Positions 60,761 to 64,000 of a stretch of DNA of 64,000 nucleotides are shown piece after piece. The stretch spans positions 5,514 through 69,513 of the forward strand of contig USCC01000002.1 in the NCBI GenBank assembly GCA_900553035.1, written 5' to 3'. The translations under genes were made by a program, and so were the position numbers. The notes under the pieces were generated by a model. It saw only the letters and a program-made list of their open reading frames with translations. It was not told where the DNA came from and made no database searches. This stretch comes from an uncultured Rhodospirillaceae bacterium (lineage in GTDB: Bacteria; Pseudomonadota; Alphaproteobacteria; CAAGCB01; CAG-977). Numbering within the stretch: position 1 is the first letter of the stretch; every line of letters starts with the position of its first letter.

Positions 60761-61785
60761 CGAAACTGACCGCTTCCTCGTTTGCGGCTCTGGCCGAAAA
60801 GGAAGACGGCCGGTACAAAGCCGTCCTGTTTTACGGGCAGGATGAGGGACTGGTCGAGGAATGCCGCGAAAAAATGACGGCCGCCGTGGTTCCGGATGCG
60901 CGTGACCCCTTCCGGATCGTTGATCTGACGCAGGCGCAGGTCAAAGAAGATCCCGCACGTCTGTATGACGAAGCGAACGCGATTTCTCTGATGGGCGGCC
61001 GCCGGGTCATTCGTCTGCGCGGCGTTGACAACAACCTGACGCCGGTCATGAAGGAATTCCTTGAAACCTGCAAAGGCGATGCTCTTGTTGTGTTGACGGC
61101 AGGCAATCTGGCGAAAAGCGGTTCTCTGCCGTCGCTGTTTGAAAAAAGTACGGTTGCCGCCGTGCTGCCCTGCTATTCCGACGAAGGCGCGGGACTGAAG
61201 CAGTTCGTATTCCGCGCATTGGAGGACGAGGGTTTTTCGATTGACCCGGATGCTTTGGCGTTCATTGCGGACAATTTGGGCGCGGATCGGATGGTATCGC
61301 GTTCCGAACTGGCCAAGCTGGCCGCCTATATGGGGACGGAAAAGCATATTACGCTGAAGGATGCCGAAGCCTGTATCGGCGACGCTTCCGCCCTGTCTGT
61401 TGACCGAATGGTGTATGCCCTGGCCGAAGGGAATCAGCCGGAAATGAACGAAACACTTGCCCGCCTGTATGCGGAAGGGCAGGCGCCGATCGCTCTTTTA
61501 AGGGCGGCATCCATGCACTTCAGACGTCTTCACGTGACAGCGGGCAGAATGAAGGAAGGGCAGAATATGGAAACAGCGATGCGCTCGCTGTATCCTCCCG
61601 TCCATTTCAAGCGGACGGATTCCTTTAAAAAACAGCTGAAGACATGGTCGGTGCCGAAAATCACCCGCGCTCTGGCTCTGCTGATGGAAGCCGAGCGCGA
61701 ATGCAAAAGGCCGGGGCGGCCGCCGGAACTGTTGTGTTCCCGTGTGTTCCTGCAGATCGCGGCTCAGGCGAAACGTCCCGGATAA
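60757..61785 (+). CDS. holA: DNA polymerase III delta subunit
   Basis: HolA fold, with conserved synteny after lptE. Confidence 0.88.
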   Translation: MTKLTASSFAALAEKEDGRYKAVLFYGQDEGLVEECREKMTAAVVPDARDPFRIVDLTQAQVKEDPARLYDEANAISLMGGRRVIRLRGVDNNLTPVMKEFLETCKGDALVVLTAGNLAKSGSLPSLFEKSTVAAVLPCYSDEGAGLKQFVFRALEDEGFSIDPDALAFIADNLGADRMVSRSELAKLAAYMGTEKHITLKDAEACIGDASALSVDRMVYALAEGNQPEMNETLARLYAEGQAPIALLRAASMHFRRLHVTAGRMKEGQNMETAMRSLYPPVHFKRTDSFKKQLKTWSVPKITRALALLMEAERECKRPGRPPELLCSRVFLQIAAQAKRPG

Positions 61786-61798
61786 AAAGGAACCCGCC

Positions 61799-62413
61799 AT
61801 GGAAATTTCATATCGTCAGGAAGTCCTGCGAAAACTGGTTCATCTCAGCTCTTTGTGGATGACGGCGGCGATTTATTTTCTGCATCCGATTGACGCGGCG
61901 ATTCTGTTCAGCGTTCTGCTGGCGGTGAATATCACGGTGGAATACGGTTTTCACAAAGGGTGGCCGGTCTGCCGGGCGATATACGGCCGCTTTTTCGGAA
62001 AGATGTTGCGCGACGGGGAGAACGCTTCGGAATTTCACCTCAGCGGCGCGCCGTATGTCCTGATGGCGGCGTTGGACGTCGTTGTAATTTTTCCGAAATT
62101 GATTGCGATGATTTCCTTAAGCGTGATGCTGATCGGCGATACGGCGGCCGCGCTGTTCGGGCGGAAGTTCGGGCGGCACAAAATCAACGGCGGCCGCAAA
62201 AGCGTTGAAGGCGCCGCGGCGTTTTTCGTCGCATCAACGGTCGTTCTTGTCTTTTTTATTGTTCTTTTTGACCTTCCTCTGCGGTTCTTCATTGCCGGAG
62301 TCGTCGGAATATTTGCGGCGATGCTGGCCGAGATTTATGAAAAACAGCTTCGGCTGGACGATAATTTCTCGATTACCCTGTGTGTCGCTCTGGCGTTGAC
62401 GGCGGCTTTATGA
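61799..62413 (+). CDS. CTP-dependent transferase-like membrane protein (phosphatidate cytidylyltransferase / dolichol-kinase superfamily)
   Basis: Multi-TM protein with the characteristic LIGDTAAALFGRKFG motif. Confidence 0.65.
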   Translation: MEISYRQEVLRKLVHLSSLWMTAAIYFLHPIDAAILFSVLLAVNITVEYGFHKGWPVCRAIYGRFFGKMLRDGENASEFHLSGAPYVLMAALDVVVIFPKLIAMISLSVMLIGDTAAALFGRKFGRHKINGGRKSVEGAAAFFVASTVVLVFFIVLFDLPLRFFIAGVVGIFAAMLAEIYEKQLRLDDNFSITLCVALALTAAL

Positions 62414-63114
62414 AAAAACAATTTGCCTTAAGCTTTTTTTTGCTGGCTCTGACGCTTGTCCTTTTCAGCGCGACGGATTTCGATGTGAGTCTGCAGGATT
62501 TTTTCTTTGACCGCAAGAGCGGCCTGTGGATGATTTCCCCGGCGGATCACACGGTTCTGTCTCCCTTTTTTTACCGCGGATTTAAAGTGATCTTGGGCTG
62601 TATCGGCGGCGCGTGCGTCCTGCTGTTCCTGGCGTCTTTCCGAGCCGCATCCCTGAAGCCGCACCGGGCCGCGTTTCTGATGCTGCTGCTCAGTCTTGTT
62701 TTCGTTCCGGTCATTGTTGCCGGAGCAAAACAGGTGACGAACGAATACTGCCCGAAACAGATTGACCGGTACGGCGGATTTTTTCCTCATGTCGGCGTTT
62801 TAAAACCCTATCCGACGGATTTTGTTCAGATAAAAAAAGGGAAATGCTATCCGGCCGGGCATGCGACCGGAGGGTTTGCCCTGATGGCGCTTTATTTCTG
62901 TTTCAGTGATCCGAAAAAACGGCGCATCGGGCTGGGAATCGGTCTTATCGCTGGATGGGTGACGGGAAATTACCAGATGCTCCGCGGGGAACATTTCCTT
63001 TCCCATACGATTGTCAGCATGATCGCTTCATGGATTGTCATTCTGTCGGTTTACTGTCTTTTGAAACGTTTTTATAGTGATCCCGCCAGCCCGATGCGTG
63101 CTGATAATAACTGA
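62410..63114 (+). CDS. PAP2 family phosphatase (LpxE/LpxF-like candidate lipid-A phosphatase)
   Basis: PAP2 motifs KxxxxxxRP-like, PAGHATG (PSGH) and SHTIVS (SRxxxxxH). Six TM helices. ATGA overlap with the upstream gene. Confidence 0.75.
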   Translation: MKKQFALSFFLLALTLVLFSATDFDVSLQDFFFDRKSGLWMISPADHTVLSPFFYRGFKVILGCIGGACVLLFLASFRAASLKPHRAAFLMLLLSLVFVPVIVAGAKQVTNEYCPKQIDRYGGFFPHVGVLKPYPTDFVQIKKGKCYPAGHATGGFALMALYFCFSDPKKRRIGLGIGLIAGWVTGNYQMLRGEHFLSHTIVSMIASWIVILSVYCLLKRFYSDPASPMRADNN

Positions 63115-64000
63115 CCGCTTCATCGCGCAGTTCTGCCATCGGTTCTTTGGTCAAATGCCCATCTTTGTAATAAGAGACAGCCTTCACGGGTTTCAGGACG
63201 ACCATGTCTTTGTCGCGCAGATATCCGATGTACTGGTAATTGCTGACGAAATAACGTGACCTGTAGGACGGATCCAGCGCGTCCTTGCCGTAAAAAACAC
63301 TGTCATAGCTGAAATTCAGAAGGCCGAGCAGAGTGGGCAGGGCGTCAATCTGGCTGACGGCATAGTCGTACCGAGCCGGTTTCAGCATTTTCGGCGCATA
63401 GAAAATCAGCGGAATACGGTGCGTTTCGGGATTCAGTTCCTGTTTCCCGGCGCTTCCGGCCCCATGATCGGCGATAAAGACGAAAAGCGTGTTGTCAAAC
63501 CAGGGTTTGCTCCGGGCGTTTCTAATCAGTTCGCCGACCGCGAAATCGGCGTATTTGACGGCACCGAAACGGCTGGTCTGCGACGGGATATCGATTTTGC
63601 CTTCCGGATAGCTGAAGGGGCGGTGATTCGAGGTCGTCATGATGACCTGCAGGAACGGTTTTCCCGAAGCATGGGAAGCGTCGGCCTCTTCAATGGCGCG
63701 TTCGAAAATGTCTTCGTCCGAAACGCCCCAGATGTTGGCGTGCCGGATTTTGGATTCGTCAATATTCGTCCGGTCAATTACTTGGAATCCGTTGTTTCCA
63801 AAGAAATAATTCATGTTGTCGAAATAACCGTAGCCGCCGTACAGCCATTTTGTATCGTATCCTTTTTCCTTGAACACAGTTCCGATGGAATGCAGGTTTT
63901 CATTGCCTTTGCGCCGGACGATTGACATGCCGGGAAGCGGCGGGATGGACAGGCTGATGGCTTCAAGCCCACGGACGGTCCGCGTTCCGGTCGCATAGAC
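63038..64000 (-). CDS. eptA: Phosphoethanolamine transferase (EptA-like sulfatase-domain protein), C-terminal part; the gene continues beyond the window end
   Basis: Alkaline-phosphatase/sulfatase domain with TTSNHRPF and FIADHG motifs. The reading frame is open through position 64000 with no stop. Confidence 0.75.
   Translation of the reverse strand, partial: VYATGTRTVRGLEAISLSIPPLPGMSIVRRKGNENLHSIGTVFKEKGYDTKWLYGGYGYFDNMNYFFGNNGFQVIDRTNIDESKIRHANIWGVSDEDIFERAIEEADASHASGKPFLQVIMTTSNHRPFSYPEGKIDIPSQTSRFGAVKYADFAVGELIRNARSKPWFDNTLFVFIADHGAGSAGKQELNPETHRIPLIFYAPKMLKPARYDYAVSQIDALPTLLGLLNFSYDSVFYGKDALDPSYRSRYFVSNYQYIGYLRDKDMVVLKPVKAVSYYKDGHLTKEPMAELRDEAVSYYQHASGWRDHYKNVSKDSKPTE

Noticed and set aside
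1-64000. CRISPR arrays, rRNA/tRNA genes, transposases, integrases, toxin-antitoxin or defence-system gene clusters
   Set aside because: No direct-repeat/spacer architecture, no rRNA or tRNA signatures, and no recognisable mobile-element or defence-enzyme families were found when reading the six-frame translations.

Overview
This window is a GC-rich (roughly 55-60%) alphaproteobacterial chromosome segment with typical origin-proximal gene content and synteny: a partial dnaB, then maf-aroE-coaE-dnaQ / secB / Tim44-like / mltA, rho, hslVU, hisB, rsmG-parA-parB, mnmE-mnmG, hrcA-grpE, rph-rdgB-hemW, prs-rplY-pth-ychF and leuS-lptE-holA. It is mostly housekeeping, and I do not see a multi-gene defence or secretion island. 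The most notable structures are: (1) two perfect copies of the canonical parS centromere palindrome TGTTTCACGTGAAACA directly upstream of rsmG-parAB; (2) a 455-bp maf/rho intergenic region with three DnaA-box 9-mers (one perfect TTATCCACA) and an AT-rich tract, which is a candidate oriC about 5.5 kb from parS; (3) a roughly 2-kb ORF-free, AT-rich stretch just downstream of parB carrying a small degenerate repeat family and GGGATAwA direct repeats; (4) a low-GC insert between hisB and parS carrying a split ChrA pair where hisH would be expected; (5) a diguanylate cyclase with a roughly 290-aa acidic, proline-rich disordered tail ending in basic KxP repeats; (6) a 696-aa orphan protein with an HEGEH zinc-binding motif and internal GRK-LEN repeats; (7) a low-GC orphan membrane protein; (8) a lipid-A remodelling trio (CTP-transferase-like, PAP2, EptA) at the window end. 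No rRNA, tRNA, CRISPR array, transposase or integrase genes were recognised.
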